Origin: Fimbriosthenelais zetlandica | Lineage: Eukaryota | Length of the DNA: 64,000 bases | Direction: 5' to 3' | NCBI GenBank assembly: GCA_977030845.1 | Contig: OZ365113.1 | Coordinates: 27,528,001-27,592,000, forward strand | The notes under the pieces: model-generated | What the model was told of the DNA's origin: nothing | Database searches by the model: none | What the model saw: the letters and a program-made list of their open reading frames with translations, nothing else | Shown here: positions 1 to 12,900 of the stretch, in pieces | How positions within the stretch are numbered: the first letter of the stretch is position 1 | Layout of the letters: each line of letters opens with the position of its first letter | Program-made: the position numbers and the translations under genes

Positions 1-2456
1 GTTGACTTTCCTTCATACGAACACTCCAAAGTCATATGGTGGAAGTAATCATTTCACTTTTATGAACTCATGTAGGAGGGAAGAGCGTGCTAGAGGAGAG
101 AGATGAAGAGGAAACATCAGTAAAAAACTGATATTTGGCTGCTTGACACAGATGGATTGAACTATTACATAATCTAATGATGCCTGATTAAGGCTATTTT
201 TCCTTATACTACTCGCTACAAACACATAAAAAGAAGACATCATCCACATTTGATTGACTATTTTCTCTACACTTGAATCATACTTTAACCAAATTAAAGC
301 CTTGCATCTCAGTTTTGACAAGGTACCCTGGCCTTTTTCGGAATCGACAAAGTTCTCTTACATTTTCACGGCTCATACCTTCACACGAAATATCTACAGA
401 ATGGCTCATGAGGAAGCAAACTGGAAAGCTAAACATAACATTTTTTAATGAGAAAAAAAACTTGGATTTCACAGTCTCAGTCGAGAAAGACACTGTTTGA
501 ATGAGTCCCTTTCATGGCGACTGTTTTGCAATGTGTCAAATGTTTTCTAATGTGTGAACAACCTTTATGATATTGCGTCCTACCGCAATTTGTGTTAAAT
601 CTAGCCGAGGGTTCGAGTCACACTTGTAAAACGATGGGAGACCTCACCTTCCTAAATACAATGTCTATGCTTCACTCCTCCCCTATGCATTCTCCGAAAA
701 TCATTTTCATTTTTGTTATCTGCCAACTTTCCTTATGGAATCCTAGTAAAACCTAGTTGCAGTGACCTTGCTTCACTCCTGTTTGTTTACGACGCAGTTA
801 AACTTGAAGCTGAATGGAATTTGAAAGACCTCTATATTGCCTATTTTCAAGCAATATATAATTTCCATTTTCTTTCTTTTCACCCAATATTAGCCTACTT
901 GAGAGCAATTCACCTGTGGAGGGGGAATTCTTTAAACGTATTGGTTGCTGGGTTTGCCCCCAGCTGACCCCAGTTTTTCATAGGCTGCCACCTATGGAGC
1001 ACCCTCAACATTAACAGAGGATTAGTACTTTATTTAGCACCTTTAATACTCCCTCTGTCGGTAGGCTCGGGAGACAGGTGTATCCCTCTGGTCCCATGCT
1101 TGGTCACAACTTGTATACAAAGCTTTCTCTAGATTCAATCTCACCCCGTCTTTTTACACACGGGGGAGCGGCACAGATGGGCGATAATATATCACTTTTA
1201 AAGTCACACTTGGGGCGGTTTAACTTTGATTAAGTGTCTATAAGGAGGCGTTGTTAAGTGGCTTGTATTGTTAATTCACACGTGATGACCGATCAGGAGT
1301 GGGGAAAAGTGGCAACCAAACTCCCACTGCCTTAGACTTACACCAAAGAACCTTCTCATAATTGTCTACCCTGTTTTTCTCTGGAGAAATGTTGAAACAG
1401 GAAGGAATGCTGATTGTTCTTTGATCAATTATAGCTGAAGAGAAAAATGGATTAATTGCTTTAAAAACTTAAAGATTACAGGTAGCCTATTCCAATAGAG
1501 ACCAGTAGATAACGACAAGGAACATCAGGTTTAGGTTTGGTTTATAATCGTGTGGACCTGTTCCAAAATGTTGCAATAGGGTTGAACCATCTTTTCCTTA
1601 TAGACCACCATAATGGCTTGAATTCTTCACACTTTGAAAGCAGGTGAAAGACTGCAACACGTCTACATTCCCCCCACAGCTGGGGTCCAAGGAGAAAGCT
1701 TTCATTCTCATTCACGTATTCATCCTTTCACTTGGTTCTATTGCTGCATCCAGCACAGAGGGAGCGCTTTACAAATCATGGCCACTGTAAGATCATTAGA
1801 TCAACCTCCATTGTAAACAAGGACATTTACTGAGGACACAGGGCCTTAGAAGACCGCCACAAATCGCTTTCACGACACCTGCTGGCCAGAAAGGCGATGT
1901 GTCAAGGACTTGACGGTAGATGTTGGTGAAATAACTAGCCTTGTATTTGTTGAGACCCAACTCTGCCACAGTCAAAATGAAGCCACATTTCCCCCTTGAC
2001 AGATCTCATGTTTAAATGATGTATGAAAGGAGTTAAAATGCAGATTTGATGCGAGTATTTATGGAGTTGTAAATGGGAAGGTTCCTGTTAGCACATTATT
2101 TCACAAGGGAACACCACTTGGTGTTTCCTTATCCACCTCCTTCAGAGGTCCCTTTTAATGAATGCATCAAGCCATTTTGCATCAAGCCATATACAATTCA
2201 AGAGATAAAATAATTCAATTTTAAATAATGTCCTGGAGTATTCTTACCTGAATAAGAATTCGCTTTAGAGTTTATCCAGAATTATTATTGTTTAGTGGTT
2301 TAAAACTACACCAGAAATACACTGCTAACGCCTCTCGTGTCCAAAAAGACGATCCTTATGAACTATTTGCACCAGACTTGAAACTCAATGTTCCAGTGCC
2401 TTTTTCAATACATCATTGCTTTTCTATTTCGTTTCATATTTTCATTTCTTCCGCAG

Positions 2457-2713
2457 GAATCTTGGTATGCGAGGTTTCGATGTATGGCGCAATCCACAGT
2501 TGTACATAATTGGAGCACAGCCCATCTGTAACCAAGTGAAGGGGCTGTCCCCAGGACAGACCAAGTTATGTCAACTCTACCAGGATCACATGCCTCATGT
2601 CTCACGAGGTGCTGAGATGGGCATCCATGAATGTCAATGGCAGTTCAAAAACCGACGGTGGAATTGTTCTACTGTGGACGAGCCTTCTGTCTTCGGTCCT
2701 GTCTTAGAAATAG
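2457..2713 (+). CDS. Wnt5: Wnt5, internal coding exon (first Wnt-domain exon in window)
   Basis: Pyrimidine tract plus ccgcAG acceptor ending at 2456; donor ATAG|gtaggt at 2714. Reads (W)[45 protein letters not shown]...[28 protein letters not shown]. The [13 protein letters not shown] and [17 protein letters not shown] blocks are diagnostic of Wnt5. The phase-2 start matches the conserved W-W-S/N-L intron. Confidence 0.97.
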
Positions 2714-5700
2714 GTAGGTGTGATTTGTGTTTCTGACCTCCCCTTTGATACCCAGAAGCGTCATTTATCTGTCTTTATACATTTTGCTTTTTCAGGAGGT
2801 TATTTAATTTTTGAGGTTATTCAATTTAAAGCAATGTCAATGAATTTGCATAACAGAATTAACATGATTGATGCATCAACTAAAACTCCTGCTGAAAATA
2901 TTGCCTTGCAATTGAAAAAATGGCCTTTACCTAAAAAGATAAGACTGAGTTCTCCGATCATATCTGGTGCATTCTTGCTAACCAGTTGGGCAGAAAATTC
3001 ACCGTCAAACCGTAAGCCCTCTCTGCAGACATGGCTTCATTCATGTGTAAATTCCAAAGTCAATAAAGGGCAATGAGAGGAAAAGATAATTGGCTTGTGA
3101 CAGGTGGTTGAAGTTTTATGTATCTTACTGATTTTAACAACAAAGCGGATTGGTCAGAAGGAGCTTGTTTCAAAGGTCCGAGAAATAACTCAAAAGTTTA
3201 TTTTACCTGTGGCAAGAATAAAGTGAAAGGGAACTTTATTCTACTTCCTTGATAATATAAACTTGTAGCGAAGGGATACTGTATTAGGGAGGGTGACATA
3301 TGTAATTCCTTTTATCCACACATCTGTCATTTTCACATTCTTATCCCTGCATAGTTTACCTTTCAAGTACATATGAGCTGTGTTGCTAAAGTTTCATCTG
3401 TTATGATATGAAAAAAGGGCGTTGAACAGAGTGAAAGAAGTATTGGTAGACAGTCGACCTTATGTACCTTCTCCATCGCCATCTTTGGGGGAGTAATAAT
3501 GGATCCTTTGTCCTCTGTTCCGCCGTTTGGTGCCCCTTCCAAACACCTATCTTGACAAGGCATCTTAGCCACAATAATCATTAGTATTTGCTTGGCCCCC
3601 AGGCCTCGACAAACATATTATCATTATTTAGTTTGTTTATAACAAGATGAATACAAGCTCCAGAAGGAGCAGTCTAACGATAGGGGGCGATAAAATCGGC
3701 CCTGTGTCAAAGGGTTGACGTGTACTAAGAAACGGAAATGTTCAAATGGAAACTGAGTATATAAGCTTGGATTTTAACAATCGTTAACTTTGTTTGGATT
3801 TGGTTAGCTTTGGTTAGTGTTATCTTAAACCAAATCAGAATGGGAGAAAGCATTGGGCTGTAAGAGATATTGCTAAAAGGTAAACTATAGATAGCTACTG
3901 TACTGTACATGTATAGCTCACGATTTTAAAATATGCACGAAAATAATTTTCACATAATATAGTCTAGATATTCATTTGAAACTGTCTACAATGACTTAAT
4001 ATATGCAAGCTGCATAATAGACAGTTCTTAAATTATTGTTAAACGCGCCATGCAATGACAGAAGTGGGACCAAGAAGTCATCTTTCCGTGTAGAAGGCAT
4101 GCATTCAGACTTAGATCAAACACTCTCGCCCTACGTCATCGGAAGTGACCGAAACACGTCTCACGTCGCCTATGGCGACATTTCGCGTCGTCCTCTCTAA
4201 TCAAATAGTGTGAGGCCTTATCTACACAAAGCGTCGTTCTACAATGTAGCCATAGCAACTGCTTCAGGCCATGTGACGTCACACACTGATTTGTGGCGTT
4301 CCCTAATTACAGGCCCGCACAAAATATCAGCCCCACCCCACATAGAAAAAAGAGCTCATGGGCCGCTTACGTATCTTATAAAATACCTCCTGCATTGCTA
4401 TACATTTCCAAAACCAAACGGAATCCGTTGCGTAACATTAGTTAAGCTCTCATCCAGAAGAGTGCTTTCTCGATTTGACCCTTATTCATACACTAATGAT
4501 ATAGGGCACAATTCTGCCCTTTGGTCATGTGCTAATTCTAATTTTGTCCATAATTAAGCACATGCAAATAAGCAGGATGGGCCTTAAGGCAATGAGGCCA
4601 CCCAATATGAAGACACTCGAAGACAATTGCCACAGTGTGAAAGGTGTTTAAACGCTATGTACTAACAATGGGTTGCCTTGGTAACCTAGAATAGAGCAGA
4701 AGTGTCATTATTCATTGTATGTAGCAGACATATACGCGGCAAAGGGCAGATATACATGTATGTCCTCTGTCTGCAGCAACTTTAAGTCCAGTTCCCTTTG
4801 GAAAATCCTTACAACTAATGCATATATGTTAAAAACTAACAAAAGCCGTTATAATTTAGCATGCATGGATGTGTGGCGAGAGACAGAAAGACGCGCAAAT
4901 TGGCACTTGTTGGCGTATTAATCTGCGGGCATATGGCACTACTTTTCTGTCCATGATTACTATTACTACACGTGAATAATAGTACAATAAAGTATATTAA
5001 TTTAAGATTACCTTTCCACATGTTGTGGTCAGCTGGACCAGATTCATGCAGGGTTGCTTCAAAAAAGTGCTGTCAGTGTTATCTTATAGGTGAGGTCCCT
5101 TATTCTGTTCTAACACCTATTTTCAAAGACAAAATCCTGATTTATCTCACAGACTCCTTCAGAGATAAAAACTTGAATTTTACAATATAAAATTATCCAT
5201 AAAAATCCTTGTTAGAGCAAAGCAAGCTTTCAACATTATCACAAGAGAGAGCCGGCACACAAAGAACTGACTGAAACCTCAACTCGGCTTTAATAAAACC
5301 AATCTTCCAAGCATGCGGGTGGATCTTTTTCGCTAGAAATTAAAAAAAAAATCAATTAGCCCCTTAACAAATGGTCCTGTAGCCAATATAGCGAGTAAAA
5401 AGCTGAGATCAAAGATTATGAGTTATGTTAACATGGACATGACCGGGCCCCATGGCCCTGGAACATGTGTAGTGTAATAGTGATTGATCATACAGTGTTG
5501 AGGGGCCGAATTCCTGGCCTGTAATTATGTTAATACATCTCCCAGGATAATACATGCCTGAAGGTAATTGTGGACCGTATCAAAACATCAATTTACCGTG
5601 AATGCAGGTTACGGTGGTGGAAACCATTACTCATATTGTGTTTGTGGATTTAGTTTATCATCTATCCGAGGGCTACACTTTATCATTCCATACAACGAGT

Positions 5701-8700
5701 CGTAGGTTTATTATTATATACATTTTATGTATGATGCGCGTGACAGCACTATTAGTTTTTCATGATTGGAGTCAGTTATAAAGTTACACTGATTTTCTTT
5801 GGTAAAATTCACATTTAAAAGCGTGGCTGATTTGTCTTGAAGTCCGTATAAGTATTACTCAATTAGAGACGTCTTTGAATGTCAATGCCGCCTAGAATGT
5901 CTAGATCCACCGTGCATGGTTCCCATGTCCAAGAGCATAATAAGGAATAAACGCGCATGAATCTTTCTTTATTCGATGCCTAAGACGCATAGTACACCTT
6001 TCTTTATGTCCATGTCCTGTTACATTGTTCCAACCAGCTAAGAACCATCTTAGCACCAGAGACCAATTGAATCAAATTTCCAACCAAATCCTTCCCTCTG
6101 TACTTCAGAATGAATACTTCTTTTACTTTCAACTAGTCAAGTGGACTAAGTATCCCAGGTGGGAGTAACGTCCCTTGGTAGGGAACCTCACAAAGCTGAA
6201 TGCTCGGTGAGGTGGATTCATATCCCAGGTGATCACTTCATGAAGGAAACTGATCAAGCTCAAACTTCAAAGACTCACCTCCTCAATGTTGATTGCATCA
6301 TTCAAGCCTGCTTCATTTAACTGAGAAGCTTTGAGGAGATTAATCCAAGAGAAGTTCAAGCTGAGTTTTATTGCTTGAATCATTGTTGAGAGATGGAATT
6401 CAGTGGTAGGTATTATAGTGTTCAGTTGATGCTTGTAGTGGAGTTTGTGATCAGATTTTAAAGTATTAGTGTTGCAGTATTAACGCAGTGTCTGATTAAG
6501 AAGCTTTCACGGAGCATTTGACTAGACATATTTAACAACTACAGTTATAAACATGAATGTATGACCTCGGCCACTGCTGACTTATATCAGGAATTTGCAT
6601 TTCTTGCACTAAAAATGAACGACTTTAAGAATAGAGATCTAAAGAGAGATATTCCTGGCTTCTTGTATGCTGTATGCATGATTCTAAGATGTCATTTGTC
6701 CAATTGATTACCGTTCCTAATCAAGATGGAATGCAAGAGAGATCCTTGAATTTAATTCCAAATTAAATTGTGATCGGTCAATATAGGTAATTGGTGAATT
6801 TAAAAGCTTGGTGGACAAATCTAGGCGGGAGGAGGAATGAGCCATCATGTCCTTGATCCGTGGGGTTCACTATGGGTGTGATTAGAGAGATGACATGGAT
6901 TAAACATTAGTGTTAGATGGCTACCACAGCTTAGCCTTATCACTTCACTGTCTTCATCCATCACCCTTATAACATCCCCCTCTCTCTGTCCACCTCGTTT
7001 GGGGACGAGGATCAGGGCCTTTTGCTGAACACAATTAGGCACCAACCTATATCTGGCCCTGTGCAAGAGGCCCCTGTCCCTGCTCTTAAACATTTGCCGC
7101 AGTTCCGCAGTGTCACCCAAGACTGTTAAATCGTTTGTAGATGTCAATTCTTGCCTTTGAAATAATAAAAATTCAGCTGTTCATGTTGTCCTTACAACAG
7201 AGTCTTGGCATCTTGACAAATGGAGTTTATCAATGGAGTTCTGATACAATTAGTTAACAAGCTGGTCTCTGGTAGTTTAACTCGGGCCATTTAAGATAAG
7301 ATCAGGATCCAGTGCTGGGGGGATCTGGTCTTGGTATTGAGGCAGGGTTGTAGGGTGTCTGGCACAGCACAGGCATGCATATTAAGGCTCTAGCATATGG
7401 TACTATATTGATAGTATTGAACCAACGCAATCAAAACACAGGCTGTGACAATAAATTGGCCCTTCAGATCGTTTACTGTCACTGCAATCATATCACTTGG
7501 AAAACTTAAAATCACTAAATATTGGTCTCAGTATATGAGAGTTACAGCTCAGCTGAAAATGGTTCATTCAGATTTTTAATGATCAGAAGCTCTGTAATGA
7601 TTCCCATAACAAAAATATCAAGTAGCAGATGTATGCGTAGTTCGTTACCCTGTTACATAGAGGATAGAATTTGAGAAATACCGACATTATTTTCTATACA
7701 AACCTCAGATTCAAATCCATTTTAAGAGAAACAGCGTGCTGTAACTTTTTTCCAAGTAGAACTTCCAACTTTATTTTTGTAAGAATTCCTATCGGCTACG
7801 CCAGAAACCATACACTTTGAAGGAGGACTAAAAATCTGACAAGGGCTGACTTACATTGATAAATCTATTCCCATGTAAGTCTACCTGTCTTCCCCTTGTC
7901 AGTATCTATGCCACTCTCGGTGCTGAGCTCTAATTTACCATCCTCTTTCTGAGTGAAACCCTAAACCCAGGCCCATACCTCGGATCCCATACCAGCCTGA
8001 GAATAAAGTAGTAACGTTAACAGTTTTCCCAGTTTTAGATCCTGGACTTCCTTCAGACTGAAGCCTGAATCTTTAGCTGACGGGTTTGAGAGACAAGAGT
8101 TTTAAACGTTACAAGTGTACCGTTGTGTTATCTGATGGCAATATTGAGAGGACATAAGTCGATATGTTTTTATTCAGTTTACCGAAGGAAAAGTGTGCTC
8201 TTTGGAAAGAAATATCAAAAATAGTATTGTCAGAAGAAAGACTAAAATGTTGACTGCATGGACCACTTCAGTGTAATGAGAGAACTATATGTACGTGTTT
8301 CATTTCTTTTCCATTGGATGCCATTGTATTTAAACGACAGTCTAATGTTCTATATGTATTCCCATGTTCATGTTTGCTGTAGTGAAGTTCCTTTCATTTT
8401 GACACATGGAGATTTCTCTTGTTTGAAGTGTTGTCTGTCTGTGCTGTACCCCCCTGGCCGGCCAGAAAAAGTAGCAGGCCCCCATGGACTGTTGTAAGTA
8501 ATGTTAGCTCACTGAACTTTGCTTCCCATGTGGAGATGGAAATTAAATGCCAAACCTGATGCCTGAGTTATTCTCCTGTTTTACGCTCCTTCCGTCATCA
8601 CTTACTCCAGGTGTAGTGGGGAGTAGTGGGTTCAGATCACCAAAAACCCAAGAGGCGGACAGCACTATATACCTGCCCTATTAGCTTTCTCCCAAGGGTG

Positions 8701-9623
8701 CCCTTCACTTGAACAGAACAATTAGGCTGAGATACCCTCAGACCATATGACAGAACAGACGCAAGGAAAACCAATAAACCGATCCGTGAGCTTAAAGTAA
8801 CCAACTTGGCTCTTAAGTCTGACTCCCCTTTATGCTTCTCGATAGCACGTATGAAGGGTTATATAGCTAAGGTGTTCCTATACCAGGTGATCACTCTTTG
8901 CCCCAAGGGTACCTCATCCTATTCCCCTTACCTGCCTGGGGCTGGGGTATCATTAGCATGCCCCGATATCCTATCTCTTACCAGGTACCAGGGTGCCCCC
9001 TGCTTCAGTATGGAAGATACCGGCATAATTTAATGGCTGATAACTATATCCAACTATATCTATTGATATTTTACTAGTTGATGTCATGACATGTATGTGC
9101 CCTCACTTCCTATAACATTCTATGCATTACCTGTCTATCTCAGACCATGCTGGTTATATATATATTTAGTGTCTCGTTCAGGTAAATATATTGCATATCT
9201 TCAGAAGAATTTGACCGCTTCTGATATCTTTATTGAACGATGATAGGATATGTAACTTGTATCCTAATATTAGACTATATTTCCATATATTATCCATATC
9301 TGGATAACTTGCTGTCAAATATATACATGATTTGGACTGGGTGGTCAGTGAAAAAGGTGCTAAATTGCATTGCATTTTCTTCCATTATCGCCCATAACCT
9401 TCAGGTAGTTAAACTTTAAAAAATCAATGACAAACATTTCTTATGAATATAGAAACTTTGAAATGACGTTAACAAAAACCTTTAAAATGAGCTTTTAGGT
9501 ATGTATAAAAATTACATGTTTCCGTCGGTGAATTGCTCGGTTTGTAAAATCTTGTAAAACTATTGGAGGGTTAGCTGTATAAAACCCATTCCAGATCTGC
9601 TGTTCTCGCCATTCACTTTCTAA

Positions 9624-9904
9624 TTAAAGGAGATTCCTTTCAAACCAAACTTACACATGATTTACCTTGGTCCTGGGGATATGTGATTTACCTTGTTTCC
9701 AGGGGGCACGTTTCAATTCCACTAGTTCTAAGAGCGCCCGCCATGAACCGGAAGTGCTCACACAGACTTCCTGTAAACTAAATCGTGAATGCTGAGGCTG
9801 GCGTTAAAGAGCCATGCCTGCAGGAAAATGGCTAGAAAAAATGGTTGGCATTTATGTAATGGAGAAGGGTTTGTTTAGTGGAGCAATAACTGAATACTCT
9901 TTAA
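9624..9904. mobile_element. Possible non-autonomous DNA transposon relic (TTAA-flanked, Kolobok-like)
   Basis: TTAA|AGGAGATTC ... GAATACTCT|TTAA, 273 bp between the TTAA copies. The termini are imperfect inverted repeats (6/9). Internal ACCGGAAGTG and ACTTCCTG motifs. Confidence 0.3.
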
Positions 9905-12900
9905 ACCTCTTCTCACGGGGAAATGACTGCTCCGGGGTATCAAATTAAAGGAAAACTGAAAAACTCCACCGAGTAAAACGGTATTGATTTAAATCATCGT
10001 ATACCCTTAATTTTATCCTAACTCGCAGGTAGGCCCTATAGGTCACAACAAGTACGAAATGTTTCCCATAAAAATATGTTGCCTGCAAAATGCCCGAGGC
10101 TATAATATTATGAAATGCCTTGTTAAGCATGGTTTTCATGCCACTTTATTTCAGATATCCCTGCCAACTAGTATCATATAGAACGCTAATTGAGTAATGC
10201 ATGTGGGCCAGATATGGCACCTGACACCTTGCTACATGAAGGTATATTTGCTGGGACCAGATGTACATGATTTACCAAGGTCAAACAGGTCACCAGGCTA
10301 TGTTTGAAATCTGTTTGGTATTAGTAGCTGAAGCTTGCAAGTGTATAGCCAAGAAGGTTATTGAGACAAAGTAACAGATAGGAAGACATGTATATTTGTG
10401 ACTTCCTGCCCCTTTCACCAATATTAAGGACCAGAAACATCACTAACCGGGCATCTTTGATAGAATACTAATACATTTACCTACCGTGGAATTGATGATA
10501 GACACCTATCTATATACAGTTTCTATACCTGGAGGACCCTAGAACAGACACTTGGCCATCCAAACATACAAGTAGTCCATGATATTCTATTCTGCTAGGC
10601 CTAGATTAAGGGTAGAGAATGAAGGACCACAGGTACTCGTTCTCGGTGCATATCAAGGGGTCATACATTGAGGTTAGGTAGAGCATCCCTCATAGTTCAG
10701 TTTATAGTAAGATGGCCAAATTAAACATTGACCAATCTTAGGCCACACCGAACTAATGTTTCTTACAGGTGTACTTCCTCTATATGACAAATGATACATT
10801 TGAAATGACAGAACCAAACTGGAATACAATTTACTGACTACATCTGGACCTAGGTTAGAGCAATCACTCATCAACCTTGAGTTCTGTTTTATCATATTCC
10901 TGCATACATTTGATGGATTGAGATGAAGAAAGTGTTTAATATGATGAAGAAACTGACTGTTGCTTGATGCTGGCCTGACGGTATAGATGTAGTGCTCGTG
11001 GTCCTGCCTCACCTCCTGGTGCTGGTACAGCCTACCATCTAGTGTCCATGCCCTGAGGGCCTGGAGGAGACTAGTAAACTCCTACACAGGATCAGATGCT
11101 TCCCCTCAGGCTGTTTGCTCAACTTGATTCTTCTTCTCCTTCTCCGTATCCACCTCCTCCTCCCCATCCTTTTTTCCCCACAGGATAAGCCCCTGGTCAA
11201 CCAGCCTCTGGCATCTTCAATGTCTGTACTGTCTATGGGACCAAAGATTTTCATAGAAAACAACACATTTATATTATATTGATCTTGATATCATTTTAAC
11301 CACCTTCGTCTATTTATATGGTTCTTGAACGTTTACCAGTAGGCTGATCTGTGTGTTCAGTTGAAATCCACAGTCGACACTGAATCACCACAGACATTCT
11401 CCAGTGTCAAGTCAGTCTGGAAATTTCTTGTAATATTTGTAATATTTCTTGTCACCCAGGAACAGTCAGCTTATATAGAATCCTGAGCAGGTCAGCTATA
11501 GTATGTGGCAATTGAGTAAGAAAGAAGAAAGTAAGGTTTTTCATTTTGCCAAGTTAAGAAGTGTAGACGACCTGTGTATCAATAAACTGTGCCAAATTGT
11601 TTTCGGAGCAGTACATCAAAGGTTTGACGGATGGTGAAGGCATTATCTGACCTGTCGTCAGTTTTCTGGCTCAGCAAGTATACCACCTCCTCACCTTCCT
11701 AACTACTCCTGACACTCAGCCTAATTTGCTCGATACAGACTAGTGATAAGGAGTTAGGTGTAGAGGGGCTGTGTTTTATGGAAAAGTACTCGGACCTGGT
11801 CTGACTTCAAACCCGAGATGACTGATTCTAATGTATTTGATGTACCTGAAAATTTTACGTCAAAAATACTCACAGCATTAGTATGAAAAATGAATGGGAA
11901 TTCCGCTTGAGGCTATTATAATGCCATTTTAACGTTTGAAGATGTTACATTACATTTGCAAGTTATATTGTGAGTTGTAGAGACGAGGTGGGGAGGTCTG
12001 TGTGCTGGAGGGGGTGGCTGTAAATAGGAAGGTGTGATGTCTGGCTATCTGTAAATAGTGGGTGGGGGTTATCACTCTCGACCTTCCATGATAACCCATG
12101 AAGCCCATCACTCATTTAATATCTTCTTTCAGTCTAATGTCATATGAATAATAGTCATAACAATTTTTTTTTAGTGAATTGGAATCCACTGTTTGGTAGA
12201 CAAACTTAAATGTGCATAACATATCTTGTGTCTATGTTCATATTAAGAATGATTAATTTCAGGCTATGAATAATAGCAAATAAGAATACCATTGATGTGA
12301 TGAGCTTCATATTATATAATCATCAGCCCATAGAGCACAATAAAGCAATGTTGAGCAGTTCCCCTGATGCTGACCCAGTCAGAGCGAGCAGATCGTGAGC
12401 GCCTCCCTCTGGTCGGACGGAGTACGGGGGAACACTGTCCAGATGCCGGCAGCAGGCCTGGCAATAAGCCGGGACATGAAGCAGCAGGCCCCGGTAACCG
12501 TGGACGGCCTCTGGCCGCCTGACAGTGGGCATGATGTATGGATGGATGGTGTTGGGGTGTTAGGGAGGAGTTGTGAATGTGTAGCTGGTTGGAGAGAAAC
12601 CAGAAGAGTTTAGTGGCAGGACGGGGATAGATGCAGATGCACAGGGCCGGGAAAGAGTGGAAATGCAGTGGTATGGATGTAAAGGCCATGGGTTCGAGGG
12701 CAATTGTGAGATCTATTGAGAGACGAACATATTTTTGAAGAAGCTTACAAGAGGAGTGTTAAATTCTGTCCAGAATCTAAGCTATCTTCCAAAAATCTAA
12801 GCAGACTTTATATAACATAATTATCAACAACCCAACATGCAGATACTGTCCTGGTATTAATTATGCCTTATTTATTGTGCATCTGGCAAAGCAGCAACCG

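Noticed and set aside
601-625. GGTTCGAGTC B-box suggesting a tRNA or SINE
   Set aside because: No properly spaced A box, no cloverleaf, and no second copy seen in the window.
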